DNA of 64,000 bases, from sequence record PZ402300.1; one strand, written 5' to 3'. The position numbers and the translations under genes are program-made. The stretch is from a phage. Positions 1 through 10,869 of the stretch are shown one piece after another; within the stretch, counting starts at the first letter, position 1, and every line of letters starts with the position of its first letter. The notes beneath the pieces were generated by a model. That model was not told the origin of the DNA, made no database searches, and saw only the letters and a program-made list of their open reading frames with translations.

Positions 1-131
1 AGTTCATTACCATTAAGCATAAAGTTGTTGGTGCTGGAATTTTCGGTAAGTGGGTGTGGGCTGGGGCAGGTGCAATTATTGGTGTATTGGCTGCTGCAAG
101 ACGGGAGATATTCGCATGGTTCGCAGGCTAA
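1..131 (+). CDS. 3' end of a gene truncated by the window start; hydrophobic C-terminus (…VVGAGIFGKWVWAGAGAIIGVLAAARREIFAWFAG), possible holin or other lysis membrane protein
   Basis: Open frame 3 from position 3 to TAA at 129-131; Gly/Ala-rich transmembrane-like tail; sits directly upstream of the lysis cassette. Confidence 0.3.
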   Translation, partial: FITIKHKVVGAGIFGKWVWAGAGAIIGVLAAARREIFAWFAG

Positions 132-376
132 AAAGAAAGGTAGAGTTAGTACCTAACTGGAAAAGATGCTGGAAATGGGCATCCATTCAGATTAGTACAC
201 TTGGTTTAATTATGTTTTCTGCCATAGATATCATACAGCCAATGATGACAGGATTACCTCGTCACATCCTGGAAGATATCCCCCATGGTTCCAATATTGC
301 AATTGCACTGTTTGCCTTAAATATTGTAGGCAGATTAATACGTTTCCGACCAAAGGAAGATTCACATGAAAGCTAA
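116..376 (+). CDS. Small membrane protein with two predicted TM segments; holin/pinholin or antiholin candidate
   Basis: Track ORF 50..376; in-frame ATG at 116 preceded by GGAG at 103-106; hydrophobic stretches ASIQISTLGLIMFSAIDII and SNIAIALFALNIVGRLI; overlaps endolysin start. Confidence 0.45.
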   Translation: MVRRLKRKVELVPNWKRCWKWASIQISTLGLIMFSAIDIIQPMMTGLPRHILEDIPHGSNIAIALFALNIVGRLIRFRPKEDSHES

Positions 377-1001
377 ACAGAAACTTGCTGCGAAAGGTGG
401 TGCAGTGGGAGGAGTTGTCGCTGCTATCCTGGGGGCAGTGTTTTATATGGAAGGGGGTTATGTAAACAATCCTCGTGACCCAGGTGGGGAAACTAATCAT
501 GGTATTACTCAATCAGTTGCTAAGACTCATAAAGAAGTACTAGCTACTGAATACGGTTGGGATGGTTCTATGAAAGGTTTATCTAAAGAGATGGCTGCTG
601 AGATATACATTGATGACTACGTACTTAAGCCTAACTTCGTAGCCTTTGCTGATATATCTCCTGCTGTAACACACAAGCTGGTAGATGCTGGTGTTAACAC
701 TGGTGTAACCCGTCCTGCTAAGTGGTTGCAGTTATCTCTTAATGAGATGTCCCGTAATGGCAAAGACTACCCTAAAATACAGGTTGATGGTAAAGTCGGT
801 ACAAGTACTGTTAATGCATATAAAGCATTACAGAAAAAACGAGGCAAAGTTGCAGCATGTCAGGTAATGATTAAGTTACTTGATGCCAAACAACTGAACC
901 ACTACACCTCATTAAACATGCCAGACTTTACGTATGGTTGGGTAGCTAACCGAATAGGCAATGTGCCACTGGAGGCATGTAATGAAGATGCTAATCACTA
1001 A
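366..1001 (+). CDS. Endolysin, GH108-type N-acetylmuramidase with C-terminal peptidoglycan-binding domain; N-terminal Gly/Ala-rich hydrophobic segment suggests a SAR endolysin (N4 gp61-like)
   Basis: Motif MEGGYVNNPRDPGGETNHGIT typical of GH108 lysins; N-terminus KGGAVGGVVAAILGAVFY is SAR-like; position next to spanins. Confidence 0.75.
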   Translation: MKAKQKLAAKGGAVGGVVAAILGAVFYMEGGYVNNPRDPGGETNHGITQSVAKTHKEVLATEYGWDGSMKGLSKEMAAEIYIDDYVLKPNFVAFADISPAVTHKLVDAGVNTGVTRPAKWLQLSLNEMSRNGKDYPKIQVDGKVGTSTVNAYKALQKKRGKVAACQVMIKLLDAKQLNHYTSLNMPDFTYGWVANRIGNVPLEACNEDANH

Positions 1002-1488
1002 GGGTTGGCCTTATCTTCTGGTGGTGGTCCTAGGGGCCACCATTTACTTTTGGGGAAATTCCAATGGGCAGTCTACTGTTCAAAAGAAATGGGATGACCA
1101 AAAGGTTGAAGATCAGAAGGCAATACAAAAAATACAGGACAAATACAATGCTCTCCAAAGAAACCATAGTTATGAAGTCGGGTTACTCACTTCCCGGTTG
1201 CAGACGGCTGAGAGTAATTACGCAAGCGAGCTTGCTCGCGTTAGCAGTGATTATGACAGCCGGATGCAACAGTCTGAAAGACGAGCATCGGTATATAAAC
1301 GTCAAGCCGAAGCCGGAACCTTTGAGTGCAGAAGTCTTGCAAGCCATGCAGCCAGACTCGACAACAGTCTTGAAGAAGGCAGACGTTTGGTTGAAGAACT
1401 CAGGGCAACTGTTAGACTCCGTGACAGCCAACTAATTGAGTTGGGTAAACAGATTCAGGCTGACCGTAAACTTTTTGAACAGGAATAA
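982..1488 (+). CDS. i-spanin (Rz-like): N-terminal TM segment followed by coiled-coil periplasmic domain
   Basis: Track ORF 961..1488; likely start ATG 982 after GGAGG at 971-975; [26 protein letters not shown] then charged helical region; contains embedded o-spanin. Confidence 0.6.
   Translation: MKMLITKGWPYLLVVVLGATIYFWGNSNGQSTVQKKWDDQKVEDQKAIQKIQDKYNALQRNHSYEVGLLTSRLQTAESNYASELARVSSDYDSRMQQSERRASVYKRQAEAGTFECRSLASHAARLDNSLEEGRRLVEELRATVRLRDSQLIELGKQIQADRKLFEQE
1172..1435 (+). CDS. o-spanin (Rz1-like outer-membrane lipoprotein) entirely embedded in the +1 frame of the i-spanin gene
   Basis: [32 protein letters not shown]: basic n-region, hydrophobic core, lipobox-like TAGC; proline-rich mature part. 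Confidence 0.55.
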   Translation: MKSGYSLPGCRRLRVITQASLLALAVIMTAGCNSLKDEHRYINVKPKPEPLSAEVLQAMQPDSTTVLKKADVWLKNSGQLLDSVTAN

Positions 1489-1490
1489 CT

Positions 1491-3761
1491 ATGGAACACC
1501 AAGACACTTTTAAGCCTTTACCAGACCCGGCTCAATCAGAGAAGTTAACGGACTGGAAGAAGGAACCAAGTATCCAATTACTGAAAGGTGATTTGGAATC
1601 AGCTAAACCTGCTCACGATGCAATCATGGCTCAGATTCGTGAGTGGAATGATTTGATGGAAGTTAAGGGTAAGGCTAAACCCCCAAAGGTTAAAGGACGT
1701 TCACAAGTCCAACCTAGACTGGTTCGCCGTCAGGCAGAGTGGCGTTATGCACCATTGTCTGAACCATTCCTCTCATCCAACAAACTCTTTAAGGTAACTC
1801 CCGTTACTTTTGAAGATGAGTTAGCTGCACGACAGAATGAACTAGTTCTTAACTACCAATTCCGTACCCAGCTTAATAAAGTAAAACTGGTAGATGATTA
1901 CGTACACAGTGTAGTGGATGATGGTACAGGTATTGCTCGTATTGGTTGGGAACGTAAGACTGTTAAGATTAAAACGGAAACTCCAGTATTCCAGCTGTAT
2001 CCAATTGAGAACCAGGAACAAGCAGACATTCTTCAGCAGGCTCTTCAGCTTCAGGCAGAGAATCCTCGTGAATATGATGAAACAATGCCCGAAGATATTA
2101 AGGAAGCTGTTAACTACTTCAATGAAACTGGAGAAGCTACCTATGCAATCCAGACTGGCGTTACTGAAGTAGAGGTAGAGAAGGCACTGGTTAACAGACC
2201 TACTGTTGAAATGCTTAACCCAAATAACGTAGTTATTGACCCAAGCTGTAATGGTGATTTGGACAAGGCTCTGTATGCAGTTATCTCATTTGAGACTTGC
2301 AAAGCAGACCTAATGAAGAACAAAGACCGTTACCACAATCTGGATAAGATTGACTGGGAAAGTTCCAGTCCTATGACTGATCCAGACCATGAAAGTAAAA
2401 CTCCTGGTGATTTCCAGTTTAAGGATGCACTTCGTAAAAAAGTCATTGCTTATGAATACTGGGGATTCTATGACATCAATGATGACGGTTCACTTGAACC
2501 TATTGTTGCTACCTGGATTGGTTCTACTCTTATTCGTATGGAGAAGAACCCATTCCCTGACGGTAAGTTACCGTTGGTAGTTGTTCCCTATATGCCACGT
2601 AAACGTGAACTCTATGGTGAAGCTGATGCTGAACTGTTAGGGGATAACCAAGCAATTCTTGGTGCAACTATGCGTGGGATGATTGACCTGTTAGGTCGAA
2701 GTGCAAATGGTCAACGTGGTTATCCTAAAGGGATGTTAGATACCCTTAACCGTCGTCGATATGACGATGGGCAGGATTATGAATACAACCCAATGCAGGG
2801 TAATCCTAGTCAGGCCATTATGGAGCACAAGTTCCCTGAGTTACCTCAGTCGGCAATAGTAATGACTCAGATGCAAAACCAGGAAGCAGAAGCACTAACA
2901 GGTGTTAAAGCATTTTCTGGTGGTGTAACTGGTGAAGCTTACGGTGATGTTGCTGCTGGTATTCGTGGTGTACTAGATGCAGCATCAAAACGTGAAATGG
3001 CAATCCTTCGTCGATTAGCTAAAGGCATGGCAGACATTGGTACTAAGATTTGTGCAATGAATGCTGTGTTCTTATCTGAGAAAGAAGTGGTACGTATTAC
3101 TAATGAACAGTATGTAGAAATTAACCGAGAAGACCTTAAAGGTAATTTCGATATTGAAGTTGATATTAATACTGCTGAAATTGATAACCAGAAATCTCAG
3201 GATTTGAGCTTCATGGTTCAAACATTAGGTAATACGGTTGATCAGACTATTACGTTATCTATTGTAGCTAAGATTGCAGAACTTAAACGTATGCCAGACC
3301 TCGCACATGAATTACGTACATGGAAACCACAACCAGACCTTATGGAAGAACAGCTTAAGCAGTTGGCAATTCAGAAAGCCCAGCTTGAGAATGAAGAGCT
3401 GAAAAGTAAGATTGCACTCAATAATGCTAAGGCTAAAGAAGCTATTTCTAGTGGTGACCTTAAAGACCTGGATTATCTGGAACAGGAATCTGGTACTAAA
3501 CATGCTCGTGATATGGAAAAACAAAAAGCACAATCCCAAGGAAACCAGAACCTTCAGATAACTAAGGCGTTGACAACACCTACTAAAGAAGGTGAAACTA
3601 CCCCCAACATATCTGCTGCTGTCGGATATAACGCTTTGACTAACGGGAACTCTTTACAGGAACGTGACTTAGCTGCACAGCAAGACCCGACTTATTCACT
3701 TAGTTCCCAGTATTATGACCCTAGCCAAGACCCAGCATCGGCTCTTGGTATGAACTTATAA
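1491..3761 (+). CDS. Portal protein (N4 gp59-like)
   Basis: 756 aa; size and position upstream of capsid genes in conserved N4-like late gene order. Confidence 0.75.
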   Translation: MEHQDTFKPLPDPAQSEKLTDWKKEPSIQLLKGDLESAKPAHDAIMAQIREWNDLMEVKGKAKPPKVKGRSQVQPRLVRRQAEWRYAPLSEPFLSSNKLFKVTPVTFEDELAARQNELVLNYQFRTQLNKVKLVDDYVHSVVDDGTGIARIGWERKTVKIKTETPVFQLYPIENQEQADILQQALQLQAENPREYDETMPEDIKEAVNYFNETGEATYAIQTGVTEVEVEKALVNRPTVEMLNPNNVVIDPSCNGDLDKALYAVISFETCKADLMKNKDRYHNLDKIDWESSSPMTDPDHESKTPGDFQFKDALRKKVIAYEYWGFYDINDDGSLEPIVATWIGSTLIRMEKNPFPDGKLPLVVVPYMPRKRELYGEADAELLGDNQAILGATMRGMIDLLGRSANGQRGYPKGMLDTLNRRRYDDGQDYEYNPMQGNPSQAIMEHKFPELPQSAIVMTQMQNQEAEALTGVKAFSGGVTGEAYGDVAAGIRGVLDAASKREMAILRRLAKGMADIGTKICAMNAVFLSEKEVVRITNEQYVEINREDLKGNFDIEVDINTAEIDNQKSQDLSFMVQTLGNTVDQTITLSIVAKIAELKRMPDLAHELRTWKPQPDLMEEQLKQLAIQKAQLENEELKSKIALNNAKAKEAISSGDLKDLDYLEQESGTKHARDMEKQKAQSQGNQNLQITKALTTPTKEGETTPNISAAVGYNALTNGNSLQERDLAAQQDPTYSLSSQYYDPSQDPASALGMNL

Positions 3762-3774
3762 GGCAGACCTTCAC

Positions 3775-4119
3775 ATGAGTAAAGAATCAACAATCGCAGG
3801 ACTGGAACATCGACTGGAAGCTGCTAAAGGTGCAGTTGCACATGCAGAGGATGTACGTAAACTTCTGGAAAACCCACTGTTCCGTAAAGTAATCCTTCGT
3901 CAGTTCTGTGTGGAAGATTGTGCACGTTACGTGCAGGAGTCTGGTGACCCACTGCTTGAACCTAATAACCGTGCAGATGCACTTAACATGGCTCAAGCTG
4001 CTGGTCACTTACGTCGTTGGCTCGACCTCGCCATTCGTATGGGTGAGAATGAAGCTGACGTTATTCTACAGGTAGAAGAAGAACTTGATGCAGTTCGTGC
4101 TGAACCTGAAGACGAATAA
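3775..4119 (+). CDS. Hypothetical virion-module protein (N4 gp58 position)
   Basis: 114 aa ORF, helical/charged; synteny only. Confidence 0.4.
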   Translation: MSKESTIAGLEHRLEAAKGAVAHAEDVRKLLENPLFRKVILRQFCVEDCARYVQESGDPLLEPNNRADALNMAQAAGHLRRWLDLAIRMGENEADVILQVEEELDAVRAEPEDE

Positions 4120-4138
4120 TTAACCGGAGATATTTCCT

Positions 4139-5359
4139 ATGACTACGGAAGCTGCAACCACAGCTTCCGACATTCTCGCAATGTCGGATGATGAGATTCT
4201 GAATATGGAAGCCCCAGCTATTATTGCTGAGGAAGACACTTCCACTCAGAACAACCCAGAAACCAACGGCGTACAGACTCCTGATGAAGAAGTTGACCCC
4301 TCTGCTGTTGAAGACCTACCAACCAAAGAAACTTCCCCTGAAACTGAACCAGTTGAAGATGATTCAGCAAATTCTTTAACTTCTGATAAAGTTGATGATA
4401 AAGTTGTTGACACAGAAGTTGATAGTAACGGCAAGCCGATTACTAAAGCTGAACCTTCTACTACTGAACCAGGCCAGGAACAGAAAGAAGAAGGCAAACA
4501 GTCTGAAGGTCTGCCTGCTGACTTCAACTATAAGGAAGGTTATGAGAAGTTGATGGCTCCTTTTAAAGCTAACGGCAAGATGATTACTCCCCGTTCTCCG
4601 GAGGAGGCCATTAGCCTGATGCAGATGGGTGCTAACTATACTCGTAAGATGCAAGAACTTCAGCCGTACCGTAAGGTAATGCTGATGCTACAGAACAACG
4701 GTTTAATGGATGAGGAAAAACTTTCTTTCCTGATTGACCTGGATAAGAAGAATCCTGAAGCCATTAAAAAGTTGTTGAAAGACTCTGGTACAGATCCTCT
4801 GGATTTTAATCCAGAAGAGGAAATTAATTACCAGGGTGGCAAACACCGTGTTACAGACACCGAAGCAGATTTTGCAACCGAAATTGACGACTTAAAGTCT
4901 ACTCAAGAAGGACAAGCTACATTAGGTGTTATTAGCTCGACATGGGATGCTGCCAGTAAAGATGCTCTTTATCATAATCGTGGCTTACTCCAGACTATTC
5001 ACGAACAGCGTGAGAATGGTATTTATGACACCATTGCTAACGAAGTGAATCGTCTCCAGATGTTAGGCCAGATTCCGGTAGGTACTCCATTTATTCAGGC
5101 TTATAACCACGTTGGTAACCTCCTTGCACAGCAGGGTGCATTTAACCAAGTGGCTAAGCCTGAACCGGTACAAGCAGTTAAACCAGCAGTTCAGCCGGTA
5201 GTGCGTGTAGCACGACCTAAGCAGACTCTGGCTAATAACGAGCAAGCTAAAGCAGCTTCCCTTAATCGGGCTGCTACACGTAAAGCTACACCTATTGTAA
5301 ACCCACTCGCTATGAGTGATGAAGATTTCGCTAAACTCCCAGTACCGGGTAGTCTTTAA
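4139..5359 (+). CDS. Hypothetical head-assembly protein with highly acidic low-complexity N-terminus (scaffold-like; N4 gp57 position)
   Basis: 406 aa; Asp/Glu/Pro/Thr-rich N-terminal third; immediately upstream of major capsid gene. Confidence 0.4.
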   Translation: MTTEAATTASDILAMSDDEILNMEAPAIIAEEDTSTQNNPETNGVQTPDEEVDPSAVEDLPTKETSPETEPVEDDSANSLTSDKVDDKVVDTEVDSNGKPITKAEPSTTEPGQEQKEEGKQSEGLPADFNYKEGYEKLMAPFKANGKMITPRSPEEAISLMQMGANYTRKMQELQPYRKVMLMLQNNGLMDEEKLSFLIDLDKKNPEAIKKLLKDSGTDPLDFNPEEEINYQGGKHRVTDTEADFATEIDDLKSTQEGQATLGVISSTWDAASKDALYHNRGLLQTIHEQRENGIYDTIANEVNRLQMLGQIPVGTPFIQAYNHVGNLLAQQGAFNQVAKPEPVQAVKPAVQPVVRVARPKQTLANNEQAKAASLNRAATRKATPIVNPLAMSDEDFAKLPVPGSL

Positions 5360-5375
5360 ACAGGAATGAGATGAT

Positions 5376-6578
5376 ATGTTAAACTATAACGCTCCAATTG
5401 ACGGTCAGAAATCTAGCATTGATGGTGCTGGTTCCGACCAGATGAATACCTATTACTGGCTGAAGAAGGCTATTATTCAGTCCCGTAAAGACCAGTATTT
5501 CATGCCTCTGGCTAACACCGTTAACATGCCGAAGAACTACGGTAAGACTGTTAAGGTGTATGAATACGTTCCTCTGCTCGATGACAAGAACATTAACGAC
5601 CAGGGTATTGATGCTAATGGTGCTACCATTGTTAATGGTAACCTGTACGGTTCTTCCAAAGACGTTGGTAACATCACTTCTAAACTGCCCCTGCTGTCAG
5701 AAAATGGTGGCCGTGTTAACCGTGTAGGCTTTACTCGTATTGCTCGTGAAGGCTCTATTCATAAGTTCGGTTTCTTCTACGAATTTACCCAAGAGTCCCT
5801 GGACTTTGATTCTGATGACCAACTGAAAGAACACCTGTCTCGTGAACTGATGAACGGTGCTGTACAGTTGACTGAGGCAGTTCTCCAGAAAGACCTGCTG
5901 GCTGCTGCTGGTACTGTACTGTATGCAGGTGCTGCTGTTTCTGATGCTACCATCACTGGTGAAGGTGATACCCCGTCTGTAGTTTCTTATAAGAACCTGA
6001 TGCGTCTTGACCAGATTCTTACTGAGAACCGTACTCCGACCCAGACTACTATCATCACTGGTTCTAAGCTGACAGATACCAAAGTACTTGGTGGTACTCG
6101 TGTAATGTACGTTGGTTCTGAACTGGTTCCAGAACTGAAAGCGATGAAAGACCTGTTCGGTAACAAAGCATTCATCGAAGTTCAGCACTATGCTGATGCT
6201 GGTACTCTGATGAACGGTGAAATCGGTTGTATTGATAAGTTCCGTATTATCCAGGTTCCTGAGATGCTTCACTGGGCAGGTGCTGGTAAAAAGGTTGGCA
6301 CTAACCCAGGCTACCGTTCCTCTATGGTTAGTGGTGAAGAGCACTACGACGTATTCCCGATGCTGGTAGTTGGTGACGACTCCTTCTCTACCATTGGCTT
6401 CCAGACTGATGGTAAGTCTGTTAAGTTCACCATCATGACTAAGATGCCTGGTAAAGAAACTGCTGACCGTAATGACCCGTATGGTGAAACTGGATTCAGT
6501 TCTATCAAGTGGTACTATGGTATTCTGGTTAAACGCCCAGAACGTCTGGCTCTGATTAAGACTGTTGCTCCTCTGTAA
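5376..6578 (+). CDS. Major capsid protein (N4 gp56-like)
   Basis: 400 aa; position after portal/scaffold-like genes; followed by GC-rich hairpin; codon usage consistent with high expression. Confidence 0.75.
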   Translation: MLNYNAPIDGQKSSIDGAGSDQMNTYYWLKKAIIQSRKDQYFMPLANTVNMPKNYGKTVKVYEYVPLLDDKNINDQGIDANGATIVNGNLYGSSKDVGNITSKLPLLSENGGRVNRVGFTRIAREGSIHKFGFFYEFTQESLDFDSDDQLKEHLSRELMNGAVQLTEAVLQKDLLAAAGTVLYAGAAVSDATITGEGDTPSVVSYKNLMRLDQILTENRTPTQTTIITGSKLTDTKVLGGTRVMYVGSELVPELKAMKDLFGNKAFIEVQHYADAGTLMNGEIGCIDKFRIIQVPEMLHWAGAGKKVGTNPGYRSSMVSGEEHYDVFPMLVVGDDSFSTIGFQTDGKSVKFTIMTKMPGKETADRNDPYGETGFSSIKWYYGILVKRPERLALIKTVAPL

Positions 6579-6595
6579 TAGTCATAAATAAAACA

Positions 6596-6615
6596 AGGGG
6601 GACGTATGTCCCCCT
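6596..6615 (+). terminator. GC-rich hairpin downstream of the capsid gene (attenuator or 3' stabiliser; weak U tract on + strand)
   Basis: AGGGGGAC-GTAT-GTCCCCCT stem-loop 18 nt after the MCP stop. Confidence 0.4.
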
Positions 6616-6645
6616 CTTAATAAAACTAAATGAACCACAGGAAAT

Positions 6646-7284
6646 ATGAACATGAGCATTAACGATAAACCGACCACTGACGTAGAAGTAAACGTACAGG
6701 GCAACGAAGATACCGTTAACGATATTGCAATGCCTAGCGAACTTGAAGTTCTTAAGCAACGTGCAACGTTGATGAATATCAAGTTCTCTAACAACATTTC
6801 CGTTGAGAAGCTTCGCGAGAAGATTGAAGCTGCACAAGTAAAAGATGAACCAGTAGTAGAAGCTGCTGTTAACCCATTGGGTGCTAATCAGGAATCTGGT
6901 GTTAAGAAGATGACCCTGGGTCAGAAGATTCGTGCAGAACAAACTCGACTGATTCGTGTACGTATCCAAAACCTTGACCCTAAAAAGAAAGACCTGCCAG
7001 GTGAGATTATCACCGTAGCTAACGAATATATGGGTACTGTACGTAAGTTTGTTCCGTTTGGTGAAGTAACCGACAATGGTTATCATATTCCGTACTGTAT
7101 CTACGAGTTCCTTAAAGAGCGTAAGTTCATCAACATTACGACTCGTAAAGGTAAGAATGGTTTACCGGATATCCGTGCAACCGAAGCACGTGAGTTCTCC
7201 ATTGAAGTACTGCCTCCGTTGACCGAAGCTGAATTAGCTCAGCTGGCTCAAGCACAGATTGCTGCTGGTAGCCTTAACGATTAA
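6646..7284 (+). CDS. Hypothetical structural protein (N4 gp55 position)
   Basis: 212 aa ORF between two hairpin terminators; synteny. Confidence 0.45.
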   Translation: MNMSINDKPTTDVEVNVQGNEDTVNDIAMPSELEVLKQRATLMNIKFSNNISVEKLREKIEAAQVKDEPVVEAAVNPLGANQESGVKKMTLGQKIRAEQTRLIRVRIQNLDPKKKDLPGEIITVANEYMGTVRKFVPFGEVTDNGYHIPYCIYEFLKERKFINITTRKGKNGLPDIRATEAREFSIEVLPPLTEAELAQLAQAQIAAGSLND

Positions 7285-7304
7285 CGTATAAGCTACAGTT
7301 CAAC

Positions 7305-7343
7305 ACGGCTCACTGGGGTAACTCCGTGGGCCGTTTCTTTTTG
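7305..7343 (+). terminator. Rho-independent terminator
   Basis: 9-bp stem ACGGCUCAC/GUGGGCCGU (one G-U) with 12-nt loop followed by TTTCTTTTT. Confidence 0.6.
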
Positions 7344-7354
7344 AACCAAGAGGA

Positions 7355-8197
7355 ATGATTATGTCTTGTTCTGCTGAGGTAGAAGCTAACCGACTCCTAG
7401 AAGAGTTAACTAAGGGTGATGACTTTACCCTTCCTGATATTGATATGTCTGGTCCTGAATGGGATATCCCTGGTGGGGATACTTCTCCAATCTTTGGTGC
7501 CATTACCAAAATAACCAATGAATCTCTTACTACCCGTGAAGTAGGAGGTAGTGGTACGTTTGATGCATTAATGGAATCTGCACACAATCACCTTAAAGCT
7601 GAGTTTAAGGCTAACCGAATTACAGGTGGTGAATATACCAAAGCCTATATTGCTATGATGGAATCATGCATGAGTAATGCTGTTCAGTTCTTACTTGGTC
7701 GTGACCAGGCATACTGGGCTGCTGCATTGGCACAGATTCAAGCAGTTACTGCTCGTGTTACATTGGCTACTTCTAAAGCTCAGTATGTGCTGGCTAAGAT
7801 TCAAGCACTGTCTTCTAAGAGTGAATACGCTCTTACTAAGATGAAGATTGCTACTGAGTCCGAGACGTACTGTGCTGCACTGTTTAACGTCGACCAGATG
7901 TTACCCCAACAGCTTAAGCTGATTACTGAACAGACCGAATCACAACGTGCACAGACACTGGATACTCGTACCGATGGTGCAGTAGTTAAGGGTTCTGTAG
8001 GCAAACAGAAAGAACTGTACTCCCAACAGATTACCTCTTACCAACGTGACGCAGAAGTTAAGGCATCTAAGTTGTTTACTGATGCATGGATTACTCAGAA
8101 GACTATTGATGAAGGCTTGAATCCACCTAATGGTTTCACTAACGCAAGTATTGATACCATTTTGACCAAGTTGAAGTCTAACAACGGGCTGAACTAA
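7355..8197 (+). CDS. Hypothetical virion protein (N4 gp54 position)
   Basis: 280 aa ORF; alternative start ATG 7361 with GAGGA RBS. Confidence 0.45.
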   Translation: MIMSCSAEVEANRLLEELTKGDDFTLPDIDMSGPEWDIPGGDTSPIFGAITKITNESLTTREVGGSGTFDALMESAHNHLKAEFKANRITGGEYTKAYIAMMESCMSNAVQFLLGRDQAYWAAALAQIQAVTARVTLATSKAQYVLAKIQALSSKSEYALTKMKIATESETYCAALFNVDQMLPQQLKLITEQTESQRAQTLDTRTDGAVVKGSVGKQKELYSQQITSYQRDAEVKASKLFTDAWITQKTIDEGLNPPNGFTNASIDTILTKLKSNNGLN

Positions 8198-8198
8198 T

Positions 8199-10856
8199 AT
8201 GGGCTTATTCAGTGGGAAGACCAAAGTATACGTAGCATCCTCTGTCTATAACATGGCAGGGGATATACATAAACGTCCTAACTATATGAAGACCGTAGTT
8301 ATTGGGAACATCATTTCCAATACAGGATTCACTATGGCAGATACTATCTCTGATAGTTATCTGAATGGGCCTGGTATACGTATGCGACTGTTCTCCAGCT
8401 GGAGTAAGAACCACTATGATTCAGAAGTTGGTATGGCTGGTTCTTCATTGGGTGTACTAGCTAAGATTGACCCTACTGTAATAGAGGGTCAAATTACACC
8501 ACCTGCTGGAGAGTCTGTCTATGTTCAGGCAGCAGAGATTGGCTTTGCTGACTTTGAACAATGGTGTGACCAGTATCTTTATGAGAATGCCCCAAGTCGA
8601 ATCATGGAACGATTCGATATAGACATTAACGAAGATACCAATGAAATTACTATGACCTCCCTGGATGGAGGTTCTACTATTAAATTCACACCTACTAACT
8701 TTGAACCAGGTGCTTTGTATCTCTATGCTGATTACTCTTTCTATAAGTCTCCTACTACCAATCCACCAGTAGTAGGACCGACTACTGTCTATGATGATGA
8801 GGATGATTTACCATCCACTTTGCTATGGACTACCGTCTCAAGTGATACGACGGCTAATACAACCAATCTTACTAAGACCATACAGACTCATTCTGTTTAC
8901 TCTGATGGTAGACCAGATGAAGATAGTACTGTCACCGAACCAAGTGTGGATAACTGGAATTCCTACGTTAAGGTCTACCGTAGAGGATTCACTGAGAAAC
9001 CTGATGATGTAACTGTAGTTGTATCTGACAGGGTAATGACCCATAAAAAGTTTGGTGAGGTTCAATCCAGTACTACTGTAACTACTAATGTAGTTGATAT
9101 AGGTGGTGGTGTTACTCGTACTGATACAATTACTACAACCACAGAGACACTGGTTCGTAAGTATTCATCCCAGACTACTCGTACCGATACTGAGATGACT
9201 TCTGTTGGTACACCTAAGATGCTTATTTATAAACATAACTCTGGTAATGTTGCACTGGATTCACTGTTTGAGACTGAGGCTACTGACAACCGATTCTACC
9301 CATTCATTCCAATAAGGAATGATAAACGATGGGTAGAGAATGACCCAATCTACCCACACTGTAAGAAAGCTCTTTATAAAGCTACAGGTGGTAAGCTCAA
9401 TGATGTAGTAACTGAGCTTAAGAAGAATAAGGATATAGGAGATATCCAATACATTTATGGCACATTCGGTGTATCTCTTAATTCCCCTGAGGATACTGCT
9501 AAGGAATACATCTATCGTTTCTTTCAGATGGCTACTGAAGCATTCCCACCTGACCCAACCTATCCGACTTTGGAAGCAGTGATTGCAGGTTATCAGGCAG
9601 CAAACGATGCAGTCGATGCATACGTAAAATGGTGGAACAAGCCAGTAGGACAGCTTGCTGGAACACCTCCACCACCACTACCTGATTACCCAGTTATCCC
9701 CAAGAGGGAATTTAGAGTACATAGTAGTAAACACTACAAGTACGATATGACCATTGGTTGGAACTACGTATCAGAAACCACACATTCTGGTAAAGCATGG
9801 TCTGGTGCTAAGCAGGGGCAACTTCGATCCAGATATGCTGGAGATATAACTCTTACTCGCAAGAACATGAGGACAGTTCCTGGCTCCGGTTCTGCTAAGA
9901 AACTGGAGGTAACATACGCATTCTATTCAATGCAAGAGTATGAGTTACTTTGGCAGGATGGTAATAATTCCTACCGTAAACTCAGAATACTGGGTCTAAA
10001 CCACAACAATAGGGTATATAAGAATAAGTCTGTACACATTGATGTTGCCGGGGCAATGGGTGATGCAGAAGAGAGTGGGTTCATTATTCCACTGCACACT
10101 AACATCTACCGATCCATGTCACTGGTTCGTAGTACCCAATTATCCACTGCTTGCTCCTACTTAGTGATGAACTCATATAAGAAGGTTAAGAAGAAATGGT
10201 ATCAGACCGGGGCATTTAAAATTGTTGTTGTTGTGGTTGCTGTGGTTATCTCTGTATTTACAGCTGGTGCTGGTGGTGCAGGCATACTTGGGGCATATGG
10301 TGCAGTTGGTGCATCTCTGGGTTTTGTCGGATTAGCTGCTGTGATAGTTGGTGCTGTAGCAAACGCTATTGCTGGAATGATTCTGGTATCTATTATCACT
10401 GAAGTATCCGCCTCAATGTTCGGGGATAAGTTGGGATTTATTATTGCAGCTATTGCTTCAATGGTAGCTATGAATGTTGGTACTGCTATGTCTACAGGTA
10501 CATCCCTATCTACCCTGGCAAGTGAAATGATGAATGCACAAAACATCATGCAGCTCACCAGTTCAGTAGGTAATGGTATTAGCCAGTATATTAATGCATC
10601 TACGGCTGCTACTATTCAGAAAGCAGAGAAAGTAATGCAGCAGTACAATACTGATATGATGGCAATCAATAAGCAGTATGAAGAAATGTTTGGTACTGCT
10701 GGACAGGGTGTAATTGACCCAATGCAATTCGTGTCAATGGAGTCACTGGATTCATTCTTATCACGTACTCTCATGACTGGTTCAGATATAGCTGACCTGT
10801 CCCTAGATATGATAGGTAACTACTCTGACATGACCCTTAATACTGACCTTGTTTAA
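8199..10856 (+). CDS. Large virion protein with C-terminal cluster of Gly/Ala-rich transmembrane helices (N4 gp53 position); possible ejection or membrane-inserting protein
   Basis: 885 aa; residues ~665-760 form consecutive hydrophobic GA-rich segments (AFKIVVVVVAVVISVFTAGAGGAGILGAYGAVGASLGFVGLAAVIVGAVANAIAGMILVSII…). Confidence 0.5.
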   Translation: MGLFSGKTKVYVASSVYNMAGDIHKRPNYMKTVVIGNIISNTGFTMADTISDSYLNGPGIRMRLFSSWSKNHYDSEVGMAGSSLGVLAKIDPTVIEGQITPPAGESVYVQAAEIGFADFEQWCDQYLYENAPSRIMERFDIDINEDTNEITMTSLDGGSTIKFTPTNFEPGALYLYADYSFYKSPTTNPPVVGPTTVYDDEDDLPSTLLWTTVSSDTTANTTNLTKTIQTHSVYSDGRPDEDSTVTEPSVDNWNSYVKVYRRGFTEKPDDVTVVVSDRVMTHKKFGEVQSSTTVTTNVVDIGGGVTRTDTITTTTETLVRKYSSQTTRTDTEMTSVGTPKMLIYKHNSGNVALDSLFETEATDNRFYPFIPIRNDKRWVENDPIYPHCKKALYKATGGKLNDVVTELKKNKDIGDIQYIYGTFGVSLNSPEDTAKEYIYRFFQMATEAFPPDPTYPTLEAVIAGYQAANDAVDAYVKWWNKPVGQLAGTPPPPLPDYPVIPKREFRVHSSKHYKYDMTIGWNYVSETTHSGKAWSGAKQGQLRSRYAGDITLTRKNMRTVPGSGSAKKLEVTYAFYSMQEYELLWQDGNNSYRKLRILGLNHNNRVYKNKSVHIDVAGAMGDAEESGFIIPLHTNIYRSMSLVRSTQLSTACSYLVMNSYKKVKKKWYQTGAFKIVVVVVAVVISVFTAGAGGAGILGAYGAVGASLGFVGLAAVIVGAVANAIAGMILVSIITEVSASMFGDKLGFIIAAIASMVAMNVGTAMSTGTSLSTLASEMMNAQNIMQLTSSVGNGISQYINASTAATIQKAEKVMQQYNTDMMAINKQYEEMFGTAGQGVIDPMQFVSMESLDSFLSRTLMTGSDIADLSLDMIGNYSDMTLNTDLV

Positions 10857-10869
10857 CAGGAGAATCCCC

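Noticed and set aside
1918-2580. Plus- and minus-strand short ORFs inside the portal gene (1918..2172, 2141..2323, 2389..2580) and similar ORFs nested in other long genes (e.g. 13573..13860, 15590..16006, 34552..35004, 37380..37784)
   Set aside because: They lie wholly within much longer, better-supported ORFs, have low-complexity or unnatural composition and no RBS context; treated as frame noise.
6596-6615. Hairpin after the capsid gene as a strong plus-strand terminator
   Set aside because: The downstream plus-strand U tract is only CUU; the U-rich run is on the opposite strand. Kept as a low-confidence attenuator/stabiliser rather than a confident terminator.
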